DNA from: Rotaria socialis
Lineage: Eukaryota
Assembly: GCA_905331295.1 (NCBI GenBank)
Contig: CAJNYD010000069.1
Span: forward strand, 62,001 to 126,000
Length of the DNA: 64,000 bases
Direction of reading: 5' to 3'
Shown here: piece by piece, positions 27,608 through 40,500 of the stretch
How positions within the stretch are numbered: the stretch's first letter is position 1
Layout: each line of letters starts with the position of its first letter
Program-made: the position numbers and the translations under genes
Notes under the pieces: model-generated
Databases searched by the model: none
The model's input: only the letters and a program-made list of their open reading frames with translations
Told to the model about the DNA's origin: nothing

Positions 27608-29024
27608 ATGAGCATGAACGTAACGTACGATTCAAGCCGCGATCTTCGACGTACTCGATTAATTCTTCTATTGACACTGTTTTTTGTTGGCTTAACTGGT
27701 TGTTCATTAGTTTTAATATGGCTAATACGTTATACACGATGGAATGCACGATCATCTCGTATATGTTCACTTATTCTCAATTTAATTATGGCTAATTTAT
27801 CCGTTTATATATTTGCTACTGGCGTACAAATATATTGGGAGTTTCAAACGAATCGACAATGGCCATTTAATGATCTACTCTGTAAGTTATTGAGTACGGA
27901 CGAAAATCGAATATAAAACACTGATTTTGTATTTCTAGGTCGACTTGTGAAATTTTTTCAAAGTTTTTCTATTCTATCAGCAACATATATTGTTGTTGCC
28001 ATGGCCATTGATCGTTGTATTGCTATTGTTACACCATTAAAAGTGAGGAAAATTCGTGTAAGTACCATCAAAATAAATTACAAGAAGTTAAAAGTTCAAC
28101 TCATTTGTCTAGGTCTTGTATCTATGCGGTAGCGCCTGGACACTTGCAGGTCTTTTATCAACACCGAATATTTTTATATTTCATTTACAAGTAAATGATA
28201 CAGTTCGTCATTGTACGGCAATATTCAATCAGCAATCATCTCGTACGGGACGTCGGGTTTATTTGACATTTATTTCACTTGTCGTTTACTTCATTCCATT
28301 TCTTGTTGTGGTATTTAGCTATTCATTAATTTTTATCAAATTATTATTTCATGAACTTGACCAACGAGATTCACTTATCAGTCTTTCATCACCAGCATCA
28401 GCATCATCAGCATTTTTATCTTGTTGGTCAAAATTATTTAATAGGAATGACTCGACAGTCGGATTTCTCAATCCAAATAACCATCTGCGACCTAGAAATT
28501 TATCATCGAATCATTTATATATAGAACAAAAAGTAGTAGATAGATATACGAAAGCTCGATCAAAAACTTTTCGTATGGTAAGTTAAAAAAACCTAATAAA
28601 AATGTTGTTTCATAGCTTTTTTTGTCTCATGCTTTAGATTATTGTACTTGTTCTATTTATGATTATATTTGGTGCACCCTATTATTGCTTAGAATTATAT
28701 GTTGCTTATACTGGTCGTCAACCATCCGATACAATATTAGCCTTAGCTGGTGGTGCAGCTGTCGCACCGTCATCAATAGATCCATGGATATTTCTTTTAT
28801 TTTGGGTGAACTGGAGTGAACCCGCCGTAGCTAATAATCGACGAAAATTAATTAATTTAAATTTACAACAGCAAAATTGGTCTCAATCAAGACGAAACAA
28901 TCGATTCAATACATTTCGTACATCATCGGCAGCAAGTAATCTAAATCAACATGATATTCTTGTTTCAAATTCAGCCCGTTCATTACCGTTCAGTGTTAAC
29001 AACTTGTCGAAACTTGAACTATGA
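27608..29024 (+). CDS. Rhodopsin-class peptide GPCR of the GnRH/AKH/vasopressin/CCAP receptor type; exons 27608-27881, 27939-28057, 28113-28577, 28638-29024
   Basis: Seven hydrophobic segments, ECL1 QWPFNDLLCR, TM3 MAIDRC, TM5 YFIPF, ICL3 KARSKTFRM, TM6 PYY, TM7 DPWIF; three short GT-AG introns keep the frame. Confidence 0.85.
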
Positions 29025-29566
29025 CGACTCTAACAGATGAATATAGTATAATCAATGAAATCGGCATGCGTTTAATGTAATATCTAAAATATATTAACAT
29101 TGCCTAACTTAATACAGTAGTGTAGTATCTACTCTGGTGAAAGGATTCCTTTAAAAAAATTGTTATCTAAATTTGTAATTCCACATCTTTTAAATCAATT
29201 AAATATCTGAATTAAAAAATGTTCTGTATTTTAATTCAATATATTATCACTTTTAACAAATGACTATCAATGAATTTATCGACTTGTCTAATTAATTTGA
29301 GTGTAATCTATAATTGATAAGTACTTATAAATTAATTGAAAGAGTATATGTGAGCTGGGAATGACGACAAGTGATAAGAAAAAAGTTAGCTTAAAAAATG
29401 TCTTGTGTGGGGTAAAGGTGTAAAGAGAAATAAGAACACCCATACTCGCACTACGCACCCTCAAGACGTTTTTCTATTACTTTAATAATTAATTGTATAT
29501 AACTTTGCGTTGTTAAGTAGTGTTGTTTAATAAATTAGATACAAATAAATTTTAAAATTAGGTATA

Positions 29567-29863
29567 CCCAGGTCGAACATTCCGGTCACCGGATCCTGTA
29601 GGATACTCCAGGGAATATGCGGGAAAGTCACCATAGCCTGCAGGAAAATACGGGAAATCGCTGAAATATGGAAGCAGTATTCCGGTCAAAAATACGGCTG
29701 GACTTTACCGGAGAATTCCTGCCAAGTTCCGGTGCTTTCCGGCAGGAATTGATTGGAAATCACCATAAAAAACGCTAAAAATTTCCAACCGGAATATTGC
29801 TTCCACAAAATCAACGGAACTACCCGGAACCGGCCGTTTCCAGGCCGGATTGTTCGACCTGAG
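29567..29863. mobile_element. MITE with CCCAGG termini and 2-bp TSD (TA); CMC/EnSpm-like
   Basis: TIRs cccaggtcgaaca ... tgttcgacctgag flanked by ta/ta; GC-rich; shares ggaagcagtattcc with the copy at 51650. Confidence 0.85.
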
Positions 29864-30007
29864 TAGATTGCTATATTTTTAGGTATTGGTTTATATTTAC
29901 CCCAATGAAATATATATTCATGTTAAAACTTTGTTTTCTACAAAAAACTAAAACATAAATAATAGAACAAACGAAGGATGAATTATGATAACAAAAAAAA
30001 ACCCGCA

Positions 30008-30805
30008 TCATTTGGTCAGTTTTCCTTTCACAGCATCTTTAAAGAAGAACACTGGCATAGGTATATCACTATATTCATATTCGACTTTTGAATAAAGATT
30101 TTTCACCGAATCAAAGTAATTTGTAATTGGTTTAAATCGACAACCATCACCAATGATAACCCATAATGGTTCAATTGTTTTTTGTAATCCATAAATGAAT
30201 GGATCAGTTTGAGAATCAGCGATAACGTGTTCAAAGAAGATAAAAGTTCCACCTGGCTTCAATACTCGATGAGCTTCAAGAAGAACTTGTTGTGGTAATG
30301 GATCTGGTATGCTGCATAAAACTAAAGTCATAATAATTGTATCAATAGTATTCGATTCAATATGAAACATATTTGTTGCTGGATTATTTGAGAGACGAAC
30401 TCCAAATGAAATATCCCACTGTTGAATAAAATTATAAAAATATGAATGCATCTCAACGTTAGGTTCAAGTCCCGTATATGATTCAATATTTGTATTATTA
30501 TATAAACATGGAAAATTTATTCCTGTGCCAGCACCAATTTCTAAGATGTGACCTTTGACATCAGAATGTCTTAATAATTGATTACATCGTAAATTCATCA
30601 TAGCAGGGTCATTAATATTGGACACTATATTTTTAAATTTTGCAAAAACTAAGAAAAATACTATGAAAACATAGAATTCAATGAAATATTTTAACGTACA
30701 TTTTTGTCGAAAAACTTCGTCTATTTTCAAATAACCAATACCGATTGCAATTAAAGCAACTATGAAAGATAAACTTCCGAAAAGAACTTTAATACAGCGA
30801 CCCAT
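30008..30805 (-). CDS. Membrane-anchored class I SAM methyltransferase, METTL7A/B (Methyltransf_11)-like; exons 30805-30700, 30648-30008
   Basis: N-terminal TM helix, motif I ILEIGAGTGINF, GLEPN, DTIIMTLVLCS, RVLKPGG..FFEHV, DGC; 51-nt GT-AG intron. Confidence 0.85.
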   Translation of the reverse strand: MGRCIKVLFGSLSFIVALIAIGIGYLKIDEVFRQKCTLKYFIEFYVFIVFFLVFAKFKNIVSNINDPAMMNLRCNQLLRHSDVKGHILEIGAGTGINFPCLYNNTNIESYTGLEPNVEMHSYFYNFIQQWDISFGVRLSNNPATNMFHIESNTIDTIIMTLVLCSIPDPLPQQVLLEAHRVLKPGGTFIFFEHVIADSQTDPFIYGLQKTIEPLWVIIGDGCRFKPITNYFDSVKNLYSKVEYEYSDIPMPVFFFKDAVKGKLTK

Positions 30806-33800
30806 ATCTGAAAGAAAATCAATTTTTATGAAACCAACAGAATGACTTATTCTATGCACTATAACGAGCTGTATGCAAAGAATTACAATGGTATCTAACA
30901 GAAGATATAACGAGCAAACGAATACTTTGAAATAGTAGTACGTTGTTCTGGAAATAATTTCTACCAATCATAAGCGTCAACAGTTGTTCGTGCGTTTTAT
31001 CTTAATACATTGTAAAGGTAGCATTTCGGTTTGTGCGAAAGTAAATAGCCGCGATGATTCATTCATTAAAATTGCAAGATAAGTACGTATATGATGATAA
31101 GAATCAGTCATGTAACGTTCATAAAAATACACGCTGCATTTTTGAACAAAATAGTTCTACGAATGAATATAACTCATCGAGTTCGATTTGACAGTATCGA
31201 CAGATTTCATATTAAATATCTCTAATTTTAGCTAACTAAATTCACTAGAATTTCATGTTTATATTAAAGATTATTGTTTATGGCGCATTTAGTATTGACA
31301 ACACAAGAGAGACTAAGAGTTCGCTTAACACATGACGCCTACCATAGAGAAAATAATTCACCAGTCTTTCTATTATTACAATGAATAATTTATGATGAAT
31401 GTCTCATATGAAGACCAACAGATGACCCTCATTTCAGAGTTATTTATTGACCACATTCTGCTCTATATATGAGTTTATCGGATGCGCAAAAGAAAATATT
31501 GAAGACAAGAATAATTATAATGGTATAGTTTTTTGCTGCCAAATTATAATTTAGACTTTTAAATTTCATTTTCATCCCTGTAACTCATTCTACGTCTTAA
31601 CTGAAAAGTTTCAGTTAATGATTTGCATCGTGTTTTGACTGTGAACATATTTTTTCAATCAGCTCATATACTCATTCCAAACAAAAGTAAATAATTGTTG
31701 ACTGAAATGTTGTTTAACTGTAGAACTAATGAATCAATCGTTCTATTCAACTCCTCGTGTTCTTCAAAACGTGCAATAGTCGTATTCATGATAAGAAAAA
31801 AATATCTTATCGTATACAACATCGAATCGCCTTTTATACGCATACAAAAAGAATCAGTGGTGCATTCGATTCTAACGAATGAGGCTTTTTCTAAATTTCA
31901 ATAATTTTTCTCTATCATTTAGTCTATTCACTTTTTATTTTTCTAGTCTTTTGTTGAGATTTGTATTTTGAAAAAAATATTAAAATCAATATTCGATTAT
32001 TTTAGGGATGAAAATTATGTAGGCAGATTACTTTGGCATATTAAAATAATCTTACTCAACATAGAAAACACATTTGATAATCTATCTATCAATCCAAAAG
32101 TTACCAAACGATTTGAAACCAGATAAATGCATCAGGCATATTGTGCCGTCACGCTTGTTTGAAGATGGACAACGAAAAATATTTCATTTCTAACAAATGA
32201 AGAATAATTTGACCTGAAAAAAATAAAGCAGTTATCCGTTATGGAATTATTCGCTCTTAAACTGCTGACATTTGCTGTTTGACGGTTGCATGTGCGCATT
32301 GGACGCATCTTTTCTAATTCCACAATATATATTGTGATTAGAGCAATGTTACCAATGTATATCAATTTGTGCAAACGTGACGGTGTTACACTGTTTTTGT
32401 CGATCAAATTCGGGTCACTTAAAATGCTCAGGTCTACTAGATTTTCACACTCATTGATCTTTTCTCTGCATGTAGCCTGTGTACAGAAAGGTTACCTTGA
32501 AGGATGGTAGTCAACATTTCCCCAAAAAACATTCTCTGTTTGAGAATTGAACATACAATTTAGGATGATAAAATTCCATTTTTTCCCTCAAGAAAATATA
32601 TGCATTCAATGATGCGCAGAAATCTCTCTATTTCGAAGAAAAAAGTTTCAAAACTTGGTCAGCGAAGTGTGACACTGCCTACCTCATTGAGTGTTTTACT
32701 TTTCCATCATTCATCGAAACGTCCATATGGCACTGTCTGTACAGATGACATGTTATTATTCACCGATCACTGTATAGTTGTGATGCATATTTTATGATTT
32801 GATTCTATTCCATTAAGCGATGTTGTCATCGATTTCCATTGCATGAAGCTTGTTAAGTAGGTAAAATTCTAGTATCGCGCCCTCTGTTGCTTACATCGAT
32901 ACAGACATATAAATCACACTAGTCCGTACACACATTCAACACGCAACAAAAACATCAAATACATTTTGCCATCAATATGAGCACCGTTAGTCAAATAGAT
33001 ATTGATCCCACCATAAATCTGCTCAGTATTGCTAGCAAAAATGTACCTATGCTACTTACTACAATATTTAAGATAGGCAAACAAATTCAAGAGGCAACCA
33101 AAGGACTTAGCAAATTTTGCTGATTTCCTTCAAAAATGTTTGCAATGCATTAATACTTTTAATAATGTTAGCCATTTGGCACGACTGAATATGGAGCAAC
33201 AGAGATTATTCTTTGGAATTTTAAGAATTCGAAAATGAATTTACTCAACATGCCTTTGATCTTAATGTAGGCGTTGGACTAATGTTCATGCTTGCGAATG
33301 AGCAACACAACAATCGTGCTCGAGTAAAGGATCTCATCAGCTTGCAACAATGCATAAGGTCTGTATCAGAGAATCATTATCAGATGTGTTATCCACTTTT
33401 GTCATTTTTATTTTGAATGTAAAATATATTTCTGTCTGGTATTTGGTAGTATCGACATCGTTCAAATGGTAAATGGTGTGATGTATGTTGTTCTGAACTT
33501 ATTTTCGATTCGAATGTCGCAACATTTAAAGGCTTTGGAGAAGATGGGCATGGTGGTGGATGGGAGTTTGGACCTATGTTGATTGAAGCATTTGATGTTT
33601 CAAAAGTGTCCCTTTGAAAACTAACTTGGTTAAAATATGTTTGCTGAAACAGAGATTCAGAAAAGTATGTTTAAAAAAGTAGAGTATTCTTTTATATCTG
33701 ATCGAATAGCCAGGCCAAAGCCTTATCTAGATGAATACTACTTCATGTCATCAAAATATGAGTATTCGAGTGGAACAGTTCTCATTTTTTATTTTGACGT

Positions 33801-34088
33801 TCACATGGAAAATAATGTAAAAAGCACGCTTTGTTAGACGAGAAGATTCTCATGTAACGCAAATAGTTTGAGTCTATTTATTATGTAATGTTATTATGTT
33901 AACTTTTACATTGTTCCTATCTGGCATGATATCCGGTCGATGAATGATTTGTATGTTCCGATGAAAAAAACAGTGAACGTCAATAGACGTGTGTTGCAGT
34001 CAAAGCATTTATTAAACGTATCAGCAAAACAAAAAATACAGCTTAGAATCAAACATAGTCTATACTATTCCATTCAATCTTTGCAATT

Positions 34089-36854
34089 ATGCCTACTGGT
34101 GAAATATTCCAGATGCTAAGAAACAGTAAGTCTTTATAGAAAACTAACGGTCTATTGTTCTGCATATTCTGCAATGCTTAGATTGTTCGATCTACGATCC
34201 GTGCAGTTCATATGGCTACTGTTATGATGATGACGAAGGTCAATGGGCTTGTGAATGCAAGTTTTGGTGGGAAGGAGCTCTATGTGATCAACGTTTGTTA
34301 TATTATAAGTTTCTTTTCTTCGCCGATACATATATTGTATTGATTTTCGTCTAGAATCAAGCAGTGGCACACAAGTGATTGCTCTGGGCGTCATATTAGG
34401 ATTCATGATGATCGTTATATTTGGTATTCGTTTGAATCGCTACTTGAAAAAGAGGCGTAAAACTGTGACATCAAAAACTCAATTCAAGTAAGAGATTTGA
34501 TTATTGAAATGAAATTGAATATTCTTTTAATTGACTATAGATGCAAAGACATTAAAATAAATCAAACTTCTTCGAAAGAATTATCGAAAACACGTTATCC
34601 TTCTCATAAACTCTCTCGTTTTCTGATGGGCCTAAGTACTGTTTTACTTTGTTTTTTAACTTTGTCAATCAAGTGGATTCTGCTTAAACCAATTCACATT
34701 AGCATGACTGAGAAACTACATCAGCGCCTACCTCTCTTCTTTCAACAACATGCCCTCTGTCCAATCATTGAGTTACGCAAAGAATTCAATATTATAACGT
34801 TTCCAATAGCCTGTCTCTTGATATTTATGTTTGCTATGATGCAGAAACGGAATCAATCAAAAACGAAACGTTGGTTTCAAGTTTATGGAGCTTTGCCCAT
34901 ACCCGTGGATTTTTTTGCTCATGTCAAGCGAACATTTTCCGCAGTTATCTTTGCTATTTATGCTGACGAATTATTACATATTGCAAATGAATTGATCAGC
35001 GATGACGATACACCATCAGATCAAGGTATTTTCGTGTAGAATACAACTTCAATTAATTGTAGCGTTGAGGAATTTGTTTTTTTTTTGTTTCGTTCCAGGA
35101 GTCATTTTGGTTTATGTGCTACAAATTACTAGAGTTCTCATCATTGGCCTTCGACGTTATCCTATTCTTGCTGCTGTCTATTTGAATACAGTATTCACTT
35201 TATTGTGTGCAACTCTATATGCTTGGTTTGATTTTGCCATCGCTATATTTCACAGTAGTTTATGTCAGAGTGATTTTTATCCAACTGACAAAAACTTCAA
35301 TAATACTGAAGGACAACAATTGATTACGAAATTTAATTACTATGGCACTGGTATGAAGCTGCTCTATTTCCAGTTGGGTACAGATGTTCCTCAATATTTA
35401 TGTCTGGCTTATATTAGTATCAAATTACCAGTATTGTTATACAGACGTATTCGACGACCGAAGGAAACCATCGATGGATTGACGCGTGAACAAGAAATTT
35501 TGTTGTATTCTTCATTACCTCATTCGACAGAGACTCAGTATGTGAGAAATTTGTTTGGAATAATAGTGATTGGCCCTTCCAATCATCGATACGCATGGAT
35601 TTCTCGATACATTTACCGTTGGCGAGATGACTTTCGATTTTCATCACGTGTCCTCTCGGTTTATGCATCTGTTTTTCTTCTTCTCTTTTTCATCACAGTT
35701 CAGGTCAACCAGTTTTTTCAATTGCACTTCGCCTGAATAAACATATTTTTGCTTCACTGTAATATTTTCCTTTCGTTTAGATGATTCTTCATGGTTTGCC
35801 ATTATTGCATGAACTGCAACAAAGTTTACAAGCATGGATCGATTTCATTATCAGTGCGATCAAGCCACCGCGAGAAAACTCGGCGCAAAAGACAAAATCA
35901 GAATTTCAACTTCCCGATCTTATTCAAGTCTATCTGATAGCGATCACCATTACTTTGACGATTATTATCAATCAGTTGTTCGTTATGCTTGTTGCTATTC
36001 GTCGAAATCTTCTACAAGCTTTTCGTGGAGACGATTGTGAAATTCCACAACGAACGCCATCAGACAGCATAGAGCAAACTGGTAGTAGTGTTCATTTTGC
36101 TGGCTACTTTATCGGATATCTTCTATGGGGCTACATGCTCGTCGGAGTTCTAGCAATGATCATTGCACTGATTGGTTGCTCATTTATTCGTTTCGGTAGT
36201 GTTCGTTTCGTTGAATATATTCTTAAAAGTGCCATTCCAGTTTTGTTAATTATCGGCTTTAAAGGTTATTTGAACGATCTTCTATCTCAATATGTCTTTC
36301 TACACCAAGATGGCAATACTTTGTCGTTGAAAAATCGTCGTCTATTTATGGTGTTTGTTTATTTTAACTTCTTCCTGGATGCTTTTCTTGGTTTAATTTC
36401 TTCAATAATCCGTATTGGACGAAGTATCATTGGTGGCATTCTTTACATGTGCCGTTTGGATTATGCAACGACAGGAAGAAAGTTAGAAACAATGGACGAA
36501 GGTTTCAGTGCCTATTGTGGTTTTATTCATATGGAGTGTGCTCATCGGCATCCAGTGATGCTATTTTTTGCCAGTCATCTTCTGCGACAATATCTCGGAT
36601 CATCTAAAAACGTATCTCGAGCACGCCATAAATGGCATTTAGTGGCGTTTTTATTTACTAATCCAATGTTAATCTACCGACGAAAAGGATATCTTGCACG
36701 ATCTCATATAGCTGAAAAGCGCTTAATGTTAATGGACCTGAAAAGATCTCAGACGGACTGCATTGAACAACCAACCCACAAAATCAATCATCATGTTAAT
36801 ATCATCTCACAAGTTGATATGAACGATTTTATGCAACAGCAACAACATTTTTAA
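34089..36854 (+). CDS. STRA6-like (RBP receptor family) polytopic membrane protein with an N-terminal EGF-like domain; exons 34089-34125, 34182-34292, 34355-34487, 34541-35025, 35099-35703, 35781-36854
   Basis: STRA6-family-like segments IYRWRDDFRFSSR, FAGYFIGYLLWGY, LKNRR, RLDY, DEGFSAYCGFIHMECAHRHPV, W.L..L..NP.L...RK; phase-compatible upstream exons encode a 6-Cys EGF module plus a TM helix. Confidence 0.8.
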
Positions 36855-36951
36855 TGCTACTCGTTGTTGTTTTCCTTTTAATTCATATCTTCAATAAAAG
36901 AACTCATCGATGGTATAATTTCGACAAGAGATTTAATTGAAAATTCATGTC

Positions 36952-37206
36952 CCCAGGAGAATGAATCCTAGCCTAGGATCCGATGAGTTCCGATCGATTC
37001 CTATTGGAATCCGACGGAGCTCTTCGGAAGGTGCGAGGAAACTATCGGATTATCGTCGGATTCCTGGTTCCGACAATCGGGTATCATTGGAAATACGACT
37101 GTCGGATTCGACATTGATTCCTCAACCAGGAATCCAACGGGATTTCGTCGGATGGTAGGACCCCATAGAATCCGATGGGATTCGGTATCGGATTGATTCA
37201 CCTGGG
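36952..37206. mobile_element. MITE with CCCAGG termini and 2-bp TSD (TC)
   Basis: cccaggagaat...attcacctggg flanked by tc/tc; internal atccga/tcggat repeats in both orientations. Confidence 0.8.
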
Positions 37207-37593
37207 TCTATGATTGAACATAGCAAGACTTACGTTACTTTTATCAGCTAACATTTTATTTTTTGAATATCTGATAATTTTCATATAGAAAAACAGATAA
37301 AAACTAAATAGATATATTGTTTTTAAATGCTTCCGAGCGAAAGAAATAGATATTCATTTTTTTAGCGCTACAATCAATGTAAAAAATGTTATAACTGACA
37401 TAATATTTGATACTAAAATTCTACTAACATACAATTTTAAGTAAACGAAGAAAAACAACGCATAAAGTCAGCCTAAAATCGTAATTGGTCGATGGACTAC
37501 TCGTATCATCTGTGCTAATGTTGTTGATTGGCTGGTTACTTTATTTGCATTCTATCACTATTTTTTTCATTTTGTCTTTGTCTCAAGACAATC

Positions 37594-40500
37594 ATGTGGG
37601 TCAAGCCTTCAGAAATTCTAGTAAATTATAATTTACATTTTTTTCCCAAAAATTTGATATCATATCTTATTCTATGTTTATTATTAGGTGACCGGATTTT
37701 GGTAAAGTCATTCATTATTGTCATTTTCATATCTTTGATTCTATGAATATCTAATATAGGTCTACGGATCGAGCGAATCCGTATTTTGCATTGCAACGTC
37801 GTCGTGGTCACGATGAACAACAAAGTGGTTTTGCAAGTCTCTTTGTTGCTACGATTGATTCTGTGTTAGATAGCAAAGTACGAGATAACTATAAACAACA
37901 ATGTTTATGAAATATTTTTCGTAGACAAATCGCTATCGAATTCTTCATCAACGACCTGATTCAGAAGTTTATCATTGTAAATTATATGAAAATATATGTC
38001 GGTCGAATTGATTCATTTTTGTGTTTAGTAATTGCTGAAGCAGATTCTAGAGAAGAAATTGAAGAACATTGGAAATGGATTGAAGAACATTTAATGCCAA
38101 CACTTGGTAAACGAATCAATTGATTTTTTAAACTAATGTAATTTTTTTCAGGAGGAATTGATGCCGGTATTGATGTTACTGATTATGTGGAATGTAAAAT
38201 AAAAAGTTTATGTGCACAAGTAGATGAAGATGAAATAGATGGTAAAAACTCCAAACAAAAAAAATAGCATTAATATGAAAATATATTCTTGATCATAGAT
38301 TTTGAATCTGAAAAATTCAAAAATGCAATAAAAAAATTCCATAAATTATTCAATGTACCAGCCGATGAGAAACTTGTTACTTGTAAGAGTGTTCACTAAA
38401 GCAGAAAAAAGGCAATCAGAATTTCGTTTTCCTAATATGTATCGTCTAAAATAGATTATTCATGTTCTTATTGGCGTGGACGTGTTCCTCGTCAAGGTTG
38501 GCTTTATTTATCGGTTAATTATTTATGTTTTTATTCATATTTATTGGGCAAAGATATAACTATTGTACTTAAATTTACTGATATAACTGTATGTAATAGA
38601 TTTATTTTTTCCAATGAATTTTATTGGCAATTTTTAGTCTCTCGAACGTGTTCAAGCATATTTATCAGAAACGATACGTGTTGGAACACGTTTTCATGTA
38701 CATGATTTTTCCATGTTTCGAAATATTGAAGAAACCTATCAAATGATGGAACAATTAGCAAATTTTGCTGCTAAGAAGTAATTGGTTTTGTTTGTTATTA
38801 ATATTGTATCGGTCTTTTTTCATAGGTTATTATCTGAGAAAGGTGCATTTCGTGAAGAAGATTACTTTCCTGCAGTGACTAAGTATGTATGATTTACTAA
38901 TCGATTGATGTTTTTTGATATTTAAAAGTAAACTTTGTAGCGAAATAGTTTTTCAGACAGCAGAAAGGTAAAAGATCATTATTTCATGGTGTTATAAAGA
39001 TAATCAATTCTAACTGCTTCATAATCTATTCAATTCTTTTCCTTGTGTTTTTTTTTCTGCGAAGCAGTTACGACCAGTAATGCATTGCTTTTCAAATGAA
39101 TTTTATCTCATTCTATTGAGCTGAGAGAGAACTGTTGCTTCTATTTATTTGTTACTGAAAAGACATTTTTTATTCTTTTGTTTAGAAAAACGGCACCTAA
39201 AGTAATATCTCAATTAAAACGTGATCTTGATGCCAAAACTCGCAGTGAACATTATCGATCTCGATTTCGTTTACCATTAAATGAACGGTTAGATGGTGAA
39301 GTACCATGCTATTTATGGGCACCGTATAGCCGTTCTAATGTATCTGGCAAACTTTATATATCAACCAATTTTGTTTGTTTTGCTAGTAAAGTAAGATTTC
39401 GATTTTTCTCTTATTGACATTCATGATGCACGAAAAAGAAAAAAAAGGTTTATCATCAAGTCAATTTAATTATTCCATTTCGCGATATAATGGTTGTTGA
39501 AAAACAACCAGAAACTTCAAATATACCAGATATTGAATCACAATCGGCATTAATAATCATAACAAAAGAACGAGTATTTATACGCTGTGTTTTTTTCTTC
39601 TGTTACTATTTCTATAGTACATTGGCGTCTATATATTTAGGCTGGAACATTTACTTTTTCAAATTTTAATGATCGAGAATTTGTGCTTAATAAACTATCA
39701 ACTTTATTATCTCAATATAGTGAAATAACCGATTTAAAGACTGACACTCCGACAATAAGTGAGTTGTTACTCGCCGATAACAAAAATCATTGTTATTTAT
39801 TCATTTTGTTTTTGTAGCTCTTTCTAATCCACTCTATTTACAATTCAGTTGTCATGATACTGAAGAATTACAAAAATTAAAAGAAGCCTCTTGGAATAAT
39901 CATTTTTCTAATTATGGACGAGGTTCCGCTATATATAGAACCAATGAATTATATGAATTAATATTTCAAGGTATACCAAATTCATTACGTAATGAATTAT
40001 GGTTAATATTTAGTGGTGCTATCCATGAAGTAAATTGTTTTTCTCTCCCGAAGAAACGTAAACACTTAGTTTTTTGTTTCTTGTTGCAGAAAGCAGCAAA
40101 TCCAAATGTATATCAAAAGTTAGTTCACGAATCGTCACTTGTTAAAACAATTCATGGTTCAACTAATGATGAAATTGAACGTGATCTCTATCGTGCATTA
40201 CCCGATCAAAAAGCTTTTCAACAGGAGTCGGGTATTAGTGCATTGAGGCGATTATTAAGAGCATATGCGTGTCATAATACTGATGTTGGTTAGTAGCGAA
40301 TGATTGATTTTTCAATGCGTCTTTTTTTTTGTTCTTCCTTGTAGGATATTGTCAAGCGATGAATATTATCGGAGGTGTACTCCTATTGTATATGAACGAA
40401 GAAGATGCATTTTGGACATTAGCAGCATTATGTGAACGTCTTCTACCAGACTATTATAATACGAAAGTAGTTGGTGCATTGATAGATCAAGGTAAATATT

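Noticed and set aside
30806..30967. N-terminal extension of the 319-aa methyltransferase ORF
   Set aside because: It uses a non-ATG start; an acceptor-like ttttctttcAG directly precedes the ATG at 30805.
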